A DNA stretch of 64,000 nt from Octopus vulgaris (Eukaryota). Below the pieces are notes generated by a model, which did not search any database, had not been told where the DNA came from, and saw only the letters and a list, made by a program, of their open reading frames with translations. The stretch is taken from positions 17,546,001 through 17,610,000 of the forward strand of contig OX597835.1 in NCBI GenBank assembly GCA_951406725.2. Reading direction: 5' to 3'. This document shows, piece by piece, positions 27,743-41,699 of the stretch (within the stretch, counting starts at the first letter, position 1; each line of letters starts with the position of its first letter). The position numbers and the translations under genes were made by a program.

Positions 27743-28061
27743 GAGACCCCCTTCGGTCACGACACTGACCATGGGAATGCACCTAGAGAGTTACCCTCCG
27801 AGGTACAAGTCCGGGCAAGGTTCTTTATGGAAGACCAGCAGTCGCCCATGCATACCGGCGACCCCTCTCCACGCCACCAGCGTTATCCACGGGAAGGCAA
27901 TGAGGTGTGACGTAGCAACTCATTTCTACAGTTGAGTGAACTGGAGCAGCGTGAAATAAAGTGTCTTGCTCAAGAAAACAACACGCAACTCGGTCCGGGA
28001 TTCGAGCTCACAACCACACGATCGTAAGTTCAACGCTCTAACCACTGAGCCATGCGCCTTC
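27743..28061 (-). mobile_element. SINE family D, near full length
   Basis: Head gaaggcgcatggctcagtggttagagcg; tail catgggcgactgctggtcttccataaa shared with 42084-42420. Confidence 0.85.
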
Positions 28062-28113
<52 letters not shown>

Positions 28114-28143
28114 GTGTGTGTGTGTGTATGCATCTATCTATCT

Positions 28144-28270
28144 TTCCAAGAGTTCCAGATGTCACCCCATGTGACCTTAGAAAGCAGGAGATGTACAAGG
28201 CAAAAAGCTCGCACACTGGAGGACTTGGATACACGGATTCAGGAGGTTCTCAATAATATCCAAGAAGACG
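28144..28270 (+). pseudogene. Tc1/mariner-superfamily transposase C-terminal remnant
   Basis: FPRVPDVTPCD (compare WPPRSPDLTPCDF), then after a frameshift KARTLEDLDTRIQEVLNNIQED. Confidence 0.7.
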
Positions 28271-30397
28271 GGTGCATCGTGAGGTGTAGTGTTTGGTTCA
28301 ACAACACAACGCTCGGCCGTGGGCAGGAATCGAAACCACAACGTTACGATCATGAGTGCAACACACTTAACACTAATCCACGCGCGACTACCATATAAAT
28401 CAGTCAACACACAGGCAAACACACGCACAGATAAGCACACGCACACATACTTATATGCATATTGTCGTCGTCACAGTTAGCACCACAACCATCACAACCA
28501 ATACCACCACCATTATTACCATAATCCCTTCTGCTCCACGTCACTCTTTGCCTCTTACTAATCCAGTGTGTCTTCTGCCGTTCAATCCGTGTCTTTGTTT
28601 CTAAGGAGCTATTGGTTACTTTGTAATTAGTTCCCCTGACATGTCTAGCTACGAAAACTAGAATATCTCATTGCTTATAAGCAAGTAAATACACACAAGT
28701 GTGTACATATATTTACATAATTATATATATACACAGACAAGCACACGTATATATGTGTGTGTATGCGTGGATGCCTGTCTATGTATTCATAAATATTGAA
28801 CGAAGTAAACGGTTTCATTTAAATATATGATGTCGGATTTAATCAACATGCGGGTGTTTTCATACATTTGGACATTTTTGTCTCGCTAAAGGCTCAGGTT
28901 GAAGAATATATTGTGCGTGTAGAATTATATATGGAAACTGTGTCCTAACTTTGAAGTAAACATTGTTTACCATGAACTCTTATAAGTATTGTGTGGCATT
29001 AATTTATTTTATCCCAGTTATACGCTGTGGTCTCTCAGTTTTGCACACCTTCACTCGCTTTCCGTTAGTGACGGCCATATAGGAGTTACATACAATGACT
29101 CTCCCTATAGAAATAGTACAGTAGATTAAATGCGACGAAACTACATTGACTCTAAATCACTCAGCAGACAAGAGGTTTTTCAGTTTTCCATTTTGTTTCG
29201 TATTTGCATGCAAGTGCTCAATCACATGCCTGCACACACAGAGTCGCATAATTAAACATAACAATATATATAATATACTATATGATATATATAATATAAC
29301 ATTAACAGCAACAAATGTAAAGACATTTTTGAAAAAGGCGAAACTAATTTTCATATCTCAACATTCTGTAACGTTGTTAAATGTAAAATATGAGTAAAAA
29401 TAAATTCCTTCCTTCGCTTCTATGTCAGATGTGAGGAACATATAAAAATGATACATAATTATCGTCTAAACAAAAACGGGTGAGCATATTATATGCTATT
29501 AAATAGTGGGCAATACACAAATACATACGACATACATATATACATTATATATGAACGAAAGAGTCTTTTCGTTGTTGGTCGAGAGTATTGCAGAAACATA
29601 GACTGAACTGTCCCTGCAGGGCCTGGGCTATTTCCAGAAACGAGTGCCTAGCCCCAAGTATACTTACCCCATCTCCACGCATGTATACGCCACGATGAAA
29701 ACACAAGTCTATACGTTCGTAGCATTCATGGGGCCACAGGTAATTCCATATCTTTGTCAAGTATACGCATATATATCTGCCATAGAGTCCTTCCCTCCGC
29801 ATTTTCGACGAGGGTTTACTCCATATGGTTTTCTTAAATTCCCAGTAATTCATAACAGAAAAGCACAAGGGGATTTATTATCATAGTGCAAATGATCTGT
29901 TGGTGAGCCACTCCCACATGTCCAGTGCGTGTCAGTGAGCAGGGCTGGTATAGAAGTTCATGTTCTTGGATGACCAGGTAAAGTGTCTAGTCTGCACTGG
30001 GCCTTTGGACATTCTGTGAGTAACCTTGGCCCGGAAGCAATTCCGTGATATGCTAATAAACTCATACCTCGGACCGTGCTTCTTTTCAGGGACAGGTTAG
30101 AACTGCCAGCAATAGTGGCTAAGAGATGGTTGCAATCTCTTCAGAAAGCATGAATTCCATAACCAGAGCTTCACACGTAGCTATATACATAAAAAAACAT
30201 ACATACAGACAAACAAGCTTAGACACACACTTGTATATGTTGCAATACACTGTAAATGTTTTACAAAAGAACGAAAGAATATTTGATTCTTGATTGAAAC
30301 AGAAATAAGAAATTTAAAAAGTAAAAAAACTGGATACATACAATGTTGAATCTACGAAATAGTTTGGGAATATCACAAGTGTAGAATTGATAGTAAG

Positions 30398-30436
30398 ACG
30401 TACCTGGAAAAGAAAAGAGAACAAATTAGATTACTA
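30398..30436 (-). other. Strong 3' splice acceptor immediately followed by donor-like GTACGT
   Basis: Minus strand tctaatttgttctcttttcttttcCAG|GTACGT, with branch-like ctaat, polypyrimidine tract and CAG. Confidence 0.4.
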
Positions 30437-30474
30437 AAGATGTTATAGATTAATTAGTATCAGACACATATACA

Positions 30475-30520
<46 letters not shown>

Positions 30521-30730
30521 ATATATAATAATAACAAAGGCTAAAATTAATTAATTAACTAGTAATCAATAATTTCACCAAGTAGAATTCGGCATGAAAA
30601 GGGACCTTTTCTCGGTAAATTTTTATAATTAGGGTTCAGCAAAGATTTGCTTTACTGCATACCGAAGTTTAGAAATAGCAGCCACAGAACCTTAGCTATT
30701 TCGTCTACTTTAAAAAGATTACTAGTTGAC

Positions 30731-30762
<32 letters not shown>

Positions 30763-30797
30763 GTTGACGATATATATATATATATATATATAGTTGA

Positions 30798-30840
<43 letters not shown>

Positions 30841-31073
30841 AAACTTTTATATATATATATTTTGACATATATACCATAAATGTTTATGTTTAATTCAATA
30901 TTATAAGTATTTACATGTATATCATAAAACTAGAAGGTAATAGAAACATACACAGTTACACATAACAACACATGCACGCGCACATATATTTGTTGTTAAC
31001 TGTCGGAAGAAATAGTACTCGATAGTATAGGAGAAAGTAATAATACATTTATTTTGGTTGTGTCAGTGCCTTG

Positions 31074-31113
31074 CTACTCTGAGTTTCGAATTTGGATGCA
31101 CTTTGTCTTCAGA
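31074..31113 (-). ncRNA. Degenerate hammerhead-like motif
   Basis: Minus strand CTGAAGAcaaagtgcatccaaattcGAAActcagagta; both cores present, stem II decayed. Confidence 0.35.
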
Positions 31114-31309
31114 GAATCGTGAAGCTTATACACCCAGTCGTACCTCTGAGTAAAAAGTGCTTGATTTGACCAATCTACATCCATACATATATGTGTGTGT
31201 GTGTATTCATATGTATTTATAAGCATAATAAATTTGTACCCTACAAAAGTATAGAGTAACCCATCAGATTAATTTTAACTTGTTCTTAGTATAACTGAAC
31301 ATAAAAACA

Positions 31310-31360
<51 letters not shown>

Positions 31361-31375
31361 AAGAACGCCGTAACA

Positions 31376-31436
<61 letters not shown>

Positions 31437-31470
31437 AATGTAATATGTGACAATTATTCGATAGCCATGA

Positions 31471-31526
31471 TGAATCTCCGAGTTTCGGATGCCAGGGTGG
31501 AAATCTACGCCGCCATCTCTTCAGTT
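31471..31526 (-). ncRNA. Hammerhead-like motif in a TA-flanked ~220-bp element (~31435-31655)
   Basis: Minus strand aaCTGAAGAGATGgcggcgtagatttccaccctggCATCcGAAActcggagatt, with GATG/CATC stem II. Confidence 0.5.
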
Positions 31527-32883
31527 ATCGGGCCATCGGAAAAAATGCTATGAAAAACAAAATTGTCACATACTACCTTTACAGATAAATTCCTCTATTT
31601 ACATAATATCGAGGTCTCTTTCATTCATTTGTTGTCTTGTCATTTTTATCAATACACACACACACACACATACACACACATATATATATATATGTATGCA
31701 GTTGTACATTAGATTTAGTGAAATAGCTTGAAAGAGGTGTTTCTTCATTGCCTTTACCTTGCTGGCACAGAGAAGAATAAAAGAAATATTTATTATATAT
31801 GTAAAGTTCGAAGGTAGTGCTCAATGATCTCATAGAGTTTATTCGCAACCCTTCATCATGCTCGTCATTGTATATGTAATCCCTGTTTTCATGTAGTTAC
31901 ACTAAAATTGGTGAAGCGAAACAGCCTTTTGGTTAGGGTTTCGTATTCCCGATCGCAAGACTGTGGTTTCATTCATTCCACGGTGCCCCAGTCCACTCAC
32001 CCGTAAATAACTAACCCTCTGCCTAGCTGGCATTCCGTTCACCGAGAAATCCGGTGTCTGCCTAGCATGCAGGGTGACATCGCCCGAAAACTGCCACAAT
32101 GCTTTGAACCACATTATCCCCTGCATGGTATAACAACATCCAACCTTCTGATCCATACAGGGACTTATTGATGTTAACACAGAGACAATACATTGCTTTG
32201 GCTGCCAACCGCGATCAATATGAACCAGTTTTTTTTTTCAATATGCAATGCCTTCTATATAACCGAATATCCTATTTTCTGTTCTTTTGAGATGTGATCA
32301 GTTGTATGGAAATGAAGTGATATAGATTGGTCCACATATACATAATTTACTGACCAGTTTATTTGAGGACTTTTCTAGATTAAATATGAACTCTATGGAG
32401 ATGCAGAGAGATTGCGACAGATGATGCTCCTCTATGAATATCAATGATAAATTCCTCCGGTATTTGGTACTAATGAGGTTATTGAAGAAGCCGTTGTTAT
32501 TGTAAGCTTGTGTTGTTTTCGTTTGTTTGTTCGGTCTAGTGAGACCATGTTATTTTTAGGAATAAGTCGCATTTGTGATCTGTGAGGTTAAAGATGTGTC
32601 TAGCCTGAATGGGAGAGATTACGGTGTTGGGCGATTGGCATGGGAGTGAGGTACTGTTTTTTTTTTTCTTTTTGATTTCGTGGATAACATGAAAAATGTA
32701 ATAGGTGTTTTTAGATGGAGGCAAATATCTGATACTCTACGTGTTTGTGAGTGGCGTTGGAATGGCTTTGAGTGTCTGGTGCTTGTATGTTTTCATGTGA
32801 TTACAATACTTTATCAACTACTTCAAGACATGATAGAAATTTGCAAAAAAATTGAAGGGACATCCATCTATATTCATGCATAC

Positions 32884-32941
<58 letters not shown>

Positions 32942-33851
32942 GTGTGTGAATATATTTATATCTATATATCTGTATATATATAGATAAATAGATATACATA
33001 TATGTATATATGTATATATATATGTGTGTGTGTGTGTTTGTGTTTGTGTGTGTGTATTTGTACCTGTGTGCGTTTGAGTGTACGTGTGTGTGTATGAATG
33101 TAAATGCGTCTATATACATACACAATACTCTCTCACACACACACACATATAGTATAAAAATAAAGAGCCCTCACAAGAGACCCATCGATCAATAATAATA
33201 ATGTTGCTGTCTTCTAAATGGAAATGTATGCATTCTTCAATGAAATTCTACTTCGATTTCTTCTTTGAAGTGACTGAGAGTCGCATTCGGATAAAAATAA
33301 TTAAGGTTCGATTCTATACCAGAAATAAAATAATAATAATAATAAAAAAAAGAGAAACAACAATATAAAAAAAAAACTGTATTTTGCAGAAACACATCAA
33401 ATGGATAAAATATAGAAGTTATTTTTTTTTCTTTCTTGCAAACAAATATATTCGTCGTAGATTGTTGATGTAGATGAGAAACAACTTACAAACCATATAG
33501 AAAAGAATATCGAAGAAAAAAAAACCGTATAACTTAATGTAGAATCCTGAAACTTAGCAGTAGTTTTAAATAACATGATTAGTAATACTAGTTAAAAGAA
33601 ACTGTAACTTGTTATCATAGAAAGATTTTTTTTCTCTCAACGTCGCTCTGTGCTACAGTTGACCACGAGAAAGTAGAAGATTCAAATATAGAAGCACCCA
33701 CCCGCATCTTGTTCCCATCGTCTTGTAATAAGACAAGATGCAGCAACTTTTTATTTGATTTTTGCTCTCTGATCCTCTAAATGTAAAGTCTAATTTGTCT
33801 GAGACATAATGAATATTTTGTTCATTAAACACCTACTCGGTATATGATAAA

Positions 33852-34084
33852 GGCGGCGAGCTGGCAGAAACGTTAGCGTGCCGGGCGAAATGCTTATCGG
33901 TATTTTGTCTGCCTTTACGTTCTGAGTTCAAATTCCGCCGAGGTCGACTTTGCTTTTCATCCTTTCGGGGTCGATAAATTAAGTACCAGTTACGCACTGG
34001 GGTCGATGTAATCGACTTAATACCTACGTCTGTCCTTGTTTGTCCCCTCTGTATTTAGCCCCTTGTGGGTAATAAAGAAATAGG
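33852..34084 (+). mobile_element. Full-length SINE family A with TSD
   Basis: ggcggcgagctggcagaaacgttagc (A-box-like), gagttcaaattcc (B box), core gcttttcatcctttcggggtcgataaattaagtaccag; ggtatatgataaag at 33839 and 34083. Confidence 0.92.
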
Positions 34085-34764
34085 TATATGATAAAGCAGA
34101 AACAACCAAAATCTAATTTATGGTTGTAGAAACACTATTAAAAAAAACCCAACTTAGCAGGAAGTAACACCGTTGGAATAACCTCGACTAACATCATATG
34201 AAATACAAAAAAAAACAAAAAAAACATGCTTGCCCACTCATCAAGCTGTTATGTCCGAACCAAATGAAATTGTAACAGTCTTCAGTAAGCAATTCATAAG
34301 TATAGTCGACGGTAGTTTTAAAAATAGACATTTCAACAGCATAGCAGCTAAAACATTTATAGACAAGCTATCTATACTCGACAGAATGTTACGATATTCA
34401 TAGCAGAGTACAATACCAAAGTAAATAAAAATATAACGTATAGTAGTCATAAACAAAATTTTAAAAAAATATACACACACAACTGACGATGTGTGAATCT
34501 AACAACAATATAAATTCAGTAGAAATATCTACACTAATGGCATCGTCATTGTTCTGTCCAAAAATACCGCAGCATTATTTCACACATACGATGAGACTGT
34601 CAAATTGTAGAAATGATTATGATTGAATTAAATTCTTTAATGCGTTAAGCACACTTTGAGTAACTCATATGGAAGACTGAAAGATTATCGTGAGAAAATG
34701 TACGACAATGGTGTGTGCGTTTCTGTGATATTACAAGGATCTCCAAACATACGTAATCCTGCAG

Positions 34765-34805
<41 letters not shown>

Positions 34806-35352
34806 ATTCAGGGAGCGGTCATCACGTCGTGTCCTTGAGCAAAGCAATTCGTTTTACATTGCGCTGATCCAGGCACCTCCACATGTGTGCCAATCGAATG
34901 CTGGCGCAACCCACTCTCTCTCTCCATCTATCAATCTATCTATCATTATCAATCTCTCTTTCTTTCTGCCACACACGCACGCACTCTCTCTTCCTTCCAC
35001 ATGCACACGTACTCTCTCTCTTTCTCTCTCTCTCTCTTTCTCTCTATTTGTCTCTATCTCTCTTACCGTGGATGTATATGCCGGGTTATTAATGAAATGG
35101 CCCAAAGGCTGTTTAAATGTGCTCGGGAAAAACAATTAACGTAAACATAGAACACCTATCCCCATACGCGACTAAAAGTGCATTGTACAGAAACACACAC
35201 ACACATGTACACACAGATACACACACAAACATAGAAACACGCACACTCACAGAGAGACACACACATACCGAAACACAGATGCACACACAGAGAGATGCAC
35301 ACAAACTCACTCACAAATATATGCAGCATATGCATATATAAACATATAGGTA

Positions 35353-35426
<74 letters not shown>

Positions 35427-36242
35427 AGTGCAAATGCAGATGTAAATGTATACGTATATGTATGTGCATATATTCAACACACCTAGCTACCTACATATAT
35501 AGATATGTACATATATTCACACATATATATACTTACATACGTACACACACACACACACACACTCACACATATGTGATCTACGGGGATGTGTGTGTGTGTG
35601 TGTAAGTATATATGCGTGTGTTTGTGTGCATTCATGCACAGGCAAACAGGCATATCTACAGAATTATCTAGATAGTTACATATACATGTGTACGCATTAG
35701 GAACGTTCATTTCATAGCGTATCTTACACACAAATACACACACATACACACACACACATAAACTTACGAACACCAACAGTAACAAACACACACACACACA
35801 CACCCTACAATCACACACTCACACACGCACGCAAATACAAACATCTCTATTGAATATCACCCTTGAAAATTTCATTCCAAAATGGCTGCGCAGTCACATC
35901 GCAGTGTTTTGTGAGATCTAATTGGTTGATTAAATTACATGACTTAATGTCAACGGACTGCCTTAAGGGATTGATAAATAAATTGGTCTTATATTTTGCT
36001 ATATTTTCAAACTATTCAAATCCATTTCAAATACAATTCCTGTAGAAAATTATCACTGCAAGCAATAATACTAGCGAAATTGGAACTTAATGCTTGTGAT
36101 GATGTGATAGGGATGTTGAGGGGATCGAAGTAGAATGCATAAACGATTTTCGGGGAAGCGGGGTGGTGTCGGGTGTTGGGGCGAGATGTCCTTTTATGGT
36201 AGGGTTTTTTTCCCTCGCACTCTATGCAATAACGTAATAATA

Positions 36243-36300
<58 letters not shown>

Positions 36301-36359
36301 TTATCATTATTATTATCATTATTATTATCATTATTATTATTATCATGATGTCGTCATGG

Positions 36360-36760
36360 AGGCGGCGAACTGGCAGAAACGTTAGCACACCGGGCGAAAT
36401 GCGTAGCAGTATTTCGTCTGCCGTTACGTTCTGAGTTCAAATTCCGCCGAGGTCGACTTTGCCTTTCATCTTTTCAGGGTGGATGAATTAAGTGCCCGTC
36501 ACGCACTGGGGTCGATATAATCGACTTAATCCCTCTGTCTGTGAATGTTTGTCCCGTCTGTATTTAGACCCTTGTGGGTAATAAAGAAATAGGTATTTCG
36601 TCCGTCTTTACGTGCTGATTCCAAATTCCGCCGAGGTCGAATTTGCCTTTCATCGTTTCCGGGTCGATAAATTAAGTACCAGTTGCACACTGAGGTCAAT
36701 CTAATCAACAGGCCTCCTCCACCCAAATTTCGGGCCTTGTGCCTTGAGTAAAAAAGTAAT
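36360..36760 (+). mobile_element. SINE A dimer or nested pair with two different tails
   Basis: Full A unit to ~36594, then a restart at gtatttcgtc with a second core and the alternative tail cccaaatttcgggccttgtgcc. Confidence 0.8.
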
Positions 36761-36840
36761 GATCATCATCATCATAATCATCACTTACTGATGTATTAAT
36801 ATATCCATATCTGTATGAATATATGTATACATGAATAAGC

Positions 36841-36892
<52 letters not shown>

Positions 36893-36996
36893 GAATACAT
36901 ATCTATACACTGTATATAAGCAGGTATATATTATTTGTGTTCACAAACACATACGCATGCACGCACTGGCACACACACACAAACTTGCATGTATAT

Positions 36997-37452
36997 AAGT
37001 AAAACTAAATCGCCACATCAAAGTGACTGTTCCATGTTTCTACTAGATTAGCCACAGGTAGATCTTCCACCAGCTGGTTATCGGTGCATCACGGCCCACT
37101 GTACATGTATATTGCCAGCCGGGGGAGCAAGCCCATACCATCCTCCAGCTGACGACAGGACCACGAGACTAACTCAGTTTCGGGCAAGTTGCGCGTCTTC
37201 CAGTCGCGAACACCCGGTCGACAGATAGCTGATCCGAGTTCGCTCCAGCTAGCTGTATTTTGTAAACAAAGCGAGCATCACTCACTGATTTGCAACAAGG
37301 GAAAAGATGAGAGTTGTAAGTATACAAACGAGTAAAGATAATCGCCACATCAATTTGATGTTACTACTAATTTAACCCCGAGCAGATCTTCCGCCAGCTG
37401 GATATCGGTGAAGCACTCTACTTTGTGCCTATATATTGCTAGCAGGGGAGCA
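36997..37452 (-). mobile_element. Retrozyme/pLTR-like unit: diverged ~120-bp direct repeats 332 bp apart enclosing a hammerhead-like motif
   Basis: aatcgccacatcaa...agatcttcc.ccagctgg.tatcggtg...tatattgc.agc.ggggagca at 37008 and 37340. Minus strand 37167-37205 reads gaCTGGAAGAcgcgcaacttgcccGAAACtgaGTTagtc. Confidence 0.5.
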
Positions 37453-37569
37453 GTTTTGCCAAAATATTGCCAGAATTTACCTGGGATTTTAAATATAGAC
37501 CTGTACCTTTGTGGAAGTGCGGACCAACATCTGGAAATTGAGGAGTTGGGAACGTTATTCTCCTGCCTC

Positions 37570-37601
<32 letters not shown>

Positions 37602-37888
37602 TGTATGTATGTATGTATGCATGCATGTATGTATGTATGTATGTATGTATGTATGTATGTATGTATGTATGTATGTATGTACGTATGTATGTATGTATGT
37701 ACGTATGTACGTATGTATGTATATATGTATGTATGTATATATGTATGTATGTATGTATGTATCTATGTATCTATCTATCTATCTATGTATTAATAGTTAT
37801 CGCCAAGCTAACATGGCAGTCCAGAAAAATAGGACGAATGCTGCCGTTGATTAGCTCCACATATGTGCGTGTGTCTGTGTGTGACAAG

Positions 37889-37929
<41 letters not shown>

Positions 37930-38447
37930 CGTGAGTGGGAGATAGAGAAGGAGAGTGAGTGAGAGGGAGTTTGGGCAAGAGATTGAGAGAGAAAGAGAGA
38001 GAGTAGGGGGAGGAAGGGAGAAGGAGAGATCTTGAATTTTCTGAAGGAAATAATTCGAAATATTTCGCTAAGCCGATTTTGTATTTGCGCAATTGAATTA
38101 TATTCGCTTTATTTAATAAATGACTAAATTACATTGAACGACGATTGAACGACGTGATGAATAGACGGAGAAATGAGACCTATAACTAATTATTGATATG
38201 AGTATTTCGAAAATGGCGGTTCTGTAGAACTGCAGATGACCCAGGTCTAAGAAGAAGAGACGGATTTGATCTCTGCTTGAACCAGCCAATGCACCATGTT
38301 ATTATCTGAATTTGCATAAGACAATGACAGATTCTTTATATTGGGTCCTGATCTGCTAAGGATGGCTATCAAATTTTCCATCAAAGAACACCTATCACTT
38401 TTGTATCCCTCAATCAACCTGTCACTCTGCCTGCCTGCCTGCCTGCC

Positions 38448-38508
<61 letters not shown>

Positions 38509-38528
38509 GCCTGCCTGCCTGCCCGTCC

Positions 38529-38560
<32 letters not shown>

Positions 38561-38689
38561 CTATCTCTCTCTCTATCTATCTCTCTCTCTATCTCTCTAT
38601 CTATCTATCTATCTATCTCTCTATCTATCTATCTATCTATCTGCCTGTCTGTCTATGTATGTATGTATCCGACACAAACACCCGCAATA

Positions 38690-39000
38690 AGACAGGTCTC
38701 ACGCTAGATCAGATTAAAAGGATGGGAGTTCGATCCCTTGGACAACATCGCTGTTACGGAGAAGGGAGACTTGTATCCATAGGCAACACAACCGATGCTA
38801 CTCCTACATCTGGCTGTTAGGACGAAAACGACAACTGTACATCTCTCTGTATATATGAGAATAAATGGCTTGTCGATTCGACGAGGGGGTCTTTATGGAC
38901 GTGATTGATGCATGTATTAGAATTGGTTGCAGCATTCCCATTAAATTGATTATAATTTACCATTGTTAATAAAAAATCGTAGATTGAACAAAGTAGGACA
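38690..39000 (+). mobile_element. SINE-like element ending in (TATG)n; second 5'-truncated copy at 40717-40920
   Basis: B-box-like gagttcgatccc at ~38726; catctggctgttagga.gaaaacga...gagaataaatgg...agattgaa.aaagtag is shared with 40717-40920. Confidence 0.6.
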
Positions 39001-39238
39001 TGTATGTATGTATGTATGTATGTATGTATGTATGTATGTATGTATGTATGTGTGTATGTATGTGTATGCGTATGTGTGTGTGTTTGTGTATGTATGTATG
39101 TTTGTAATTATGCATGTATGTATAGCCATGATTATCGTTCTAGAAAGAACGTTACGTCTGCGAATCCAGATTCACGCGAGCACTCATCATTTACGAAGGT
39201 CACCCTTCAATATTTGCGTTCGAAGGTATCGTTGTCTG

Positions 39239-39423
39239 GGCAAAATGCCGGACGACGAAATGCGTAGCGGTATTTTGTCTGTTGTTACGTTCTGAGTTTA
39301 AATTCCGCCGAGGTCGACTTTGCCTTTCATCCTTTCGGGGTCGATGTAATAGACTTAATCCGTTTGTTTGTCCTTGTTTGTTCCCCACCCCTGTGTTTAG
39401 CCCCTTGTGGGCAGTAAAGAAAT
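39239..39423 (+). mobile_element. 5'-truncated SINE A with a 15-bp TSD
   Basis: aggtatcgttgtctg at 39224-39238 and 39424-39438. Confidence 0.9.
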
Positions 39424-40005
39424 AGGTATCGTTGTCTGTTTCTCGTAACCATAAGGGAAGTTAAGTGTCGTGAATGTATTCACGCTGCTAACAAGTGACT
39501 TCGTACAGAGATATTCAGCTTGGCAGCCATAACAAATCATATTTGAATCACAAATAAAGATCACATGACACAGCAGAGTGACATATTAAACAAGGAAGGC
39601 CAAGATCGATTAAATAATATATTCATCGATACAGCTGAAAAGACGAGATGGTCACGCCTGGAATGGTTACACTGATGATTGTGAATTTTGTTGATCAAGA
39701 TTGACTGAAGTGGTGAGACAATATGGCGGTAGGAAATCGACTTAAAACACACTATGTACACCTGTAGCGACACAACGACCATCGCCACCCTCACCCCACC
39801 ACCACCACCAATACCCGCAACAAAAACGACGACGACGACAGTGACAACAACAACAACAACAACAACAACATCATCAATAACAGCAGCAAGACCAACGGAA
39901 AACGAGTTGCTGTGTAGTTTCAGATAATTGAGTAGAAATAATTACGCCGTCATTTCCTTGAGCCGAGAGCAATAAATGTATTAAAATAAAAAAATAAATA
40001 AATCA

Positions 40006-40039
<34 letters not shown>

Positions 40040-40050
40040 TAATAATAATG

Positions 40051-40084
<34 letters not shown>

Positions 40085-41119
40085 TAATAATAATAATAAT
40101 AATGATAATAATAATGATAATAATAATAATAATGATAATAATGATGATAATAATAATAATAATGATAATAATGATAATAATAATAATAATGATAATAATA
40201 ACAATAATAGGAAGAAGAAGAAGAACAAGAAGAAGAAAAAGAGGAAGAAGCCCAAAATCAATCAATAAATAAATAATTGTAACAGTAATAATACAACTAA
40301 ATGAATAAATAATAATTATGATAATAATAACAATAATAATAACAATAACAATAACAATAACAATAACAATAATAATAATAATAATAATAATAATAAGAAG
40401 AAGAAGAAGAAGAAGAGGTAGAAGAGGCAGAAGAAGAAGAAGACGAAAACCAATCAATAAATAAATAACGGTAACTGTAATAATACAACTAAATAAATAA
40501 ATGAATACGCGACTGGATGAAAAATGGTGAAATTTCAAATTTGTTTCGGAGTTTTAATAGAGTTCCTAATTCAGTTGTGATTAAAAATGTATAAATTGTA
40601 AATAAGGTAATACACGGTGAGAATGACTTTTTTCTTCTGTCGTCTGCTGCCTATGTTTTCTGTTTAATTATTTTGCCGTTAATATAGATTTAAAACAACT
40701 ATTGTACAGCGTATAACATCTGGCTGTTAGGATGAAAACGATAGCTGTACGCTCTCTGTATGCGTGAGAATAAATGGAGAGTCGATTCAACGAGAGTGTC
40801 TTTATTGGTGTAGTTGATGATGGTCTTAGAATTAGCTGTAGTGTTTTTATTAAATTAATCACAATTTACTGTTATAAATTAAAAATAACACAATAATTAT
40901 AAGATTGAATAAAGTAGACTGCGTATGTATGTATGTATGTATGTATGTATGTATGTATGCACGTACGTATGTATGTATGTATGTATGTATGCACGTACGT
41001 ATGTATGTATGTATGTATGTATGCACGTACGTATGTATGTATGTATGTATGTATGTATGTATGCATGTATGCATGTATGCATGTATGTATGTATGTATGT
41101 ATCTATGTATGTATGTATG

Positions 41120-41285
41120 TATAGTCATTTCCGTTTTTAATTTTTCAAATTCTTCCTTCGAAGAAAGATCTGGTTTCTAACAAAGATACATCTTTGGAAT
41201 GTAGCTAATAAAACATGTCACCGTGAAACCTGAGAAATGTCTTACAGAGTCTTACTGTTCTGCTTACAGATTGTATTTCAACGTA
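41120..41285 (-). mobile_element. 3' end of R4/Dong-like family 2 running into (TACA)n
   Basis: Minus strand EIQSVSRTVRLCKTFLRF, homologous to I*VINGIIKFCKTFQKF at ~51300; then 3' UTR and (TACA)n. Confidence 0.7.
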
Positions 41286-41318
41286 GTACGTATAGTCATC
41301 ATCAGAGGCCTGTCGTGT

Positions 41319-41419
<101 letters not shown>

Positions 41420-41459
41420 TCTGTGTGTGTGCGTGTATGAGTGTGTGTGGTGTGTGTGA

Positions 41460-41645
41460 GTGTTTGTTTGTCGCGCTTGGCAACGAGTGATGATTGTTTG
41501 CGACCCTATAACTGAGGAGTTCGGCAAAAGTGGCCGATAGCATAAGTACGAGGCTTTAGGGATCGATTTTGCCAACTAAATCCTTTAAAGCAGTGCCCCA
41601 GGATGGCCGCAATCCAATGACTGAAACAAGTACCAGAAAATAAAT
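41460..41645 (+). mobile_element. SINE family C, 3' half
   Basis: ttcggcaaaag...gatggccgcaatccaatgactgaaacaagta. Confidence 0.7.
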
Positions 41646-41699
41646 GAAAACAAACAAACGAACGACTTAATCAGTGAATTTGTTAATAAAGTATGGAGA

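Noticed and set aside
41270-41312. Minus-strand CTGATGA...GAAA at the 5' edge of the LINE tail
   Set aside because: The GAAA part is better explained as LINE coding sequence (EIQSVS) and stem II is poor.
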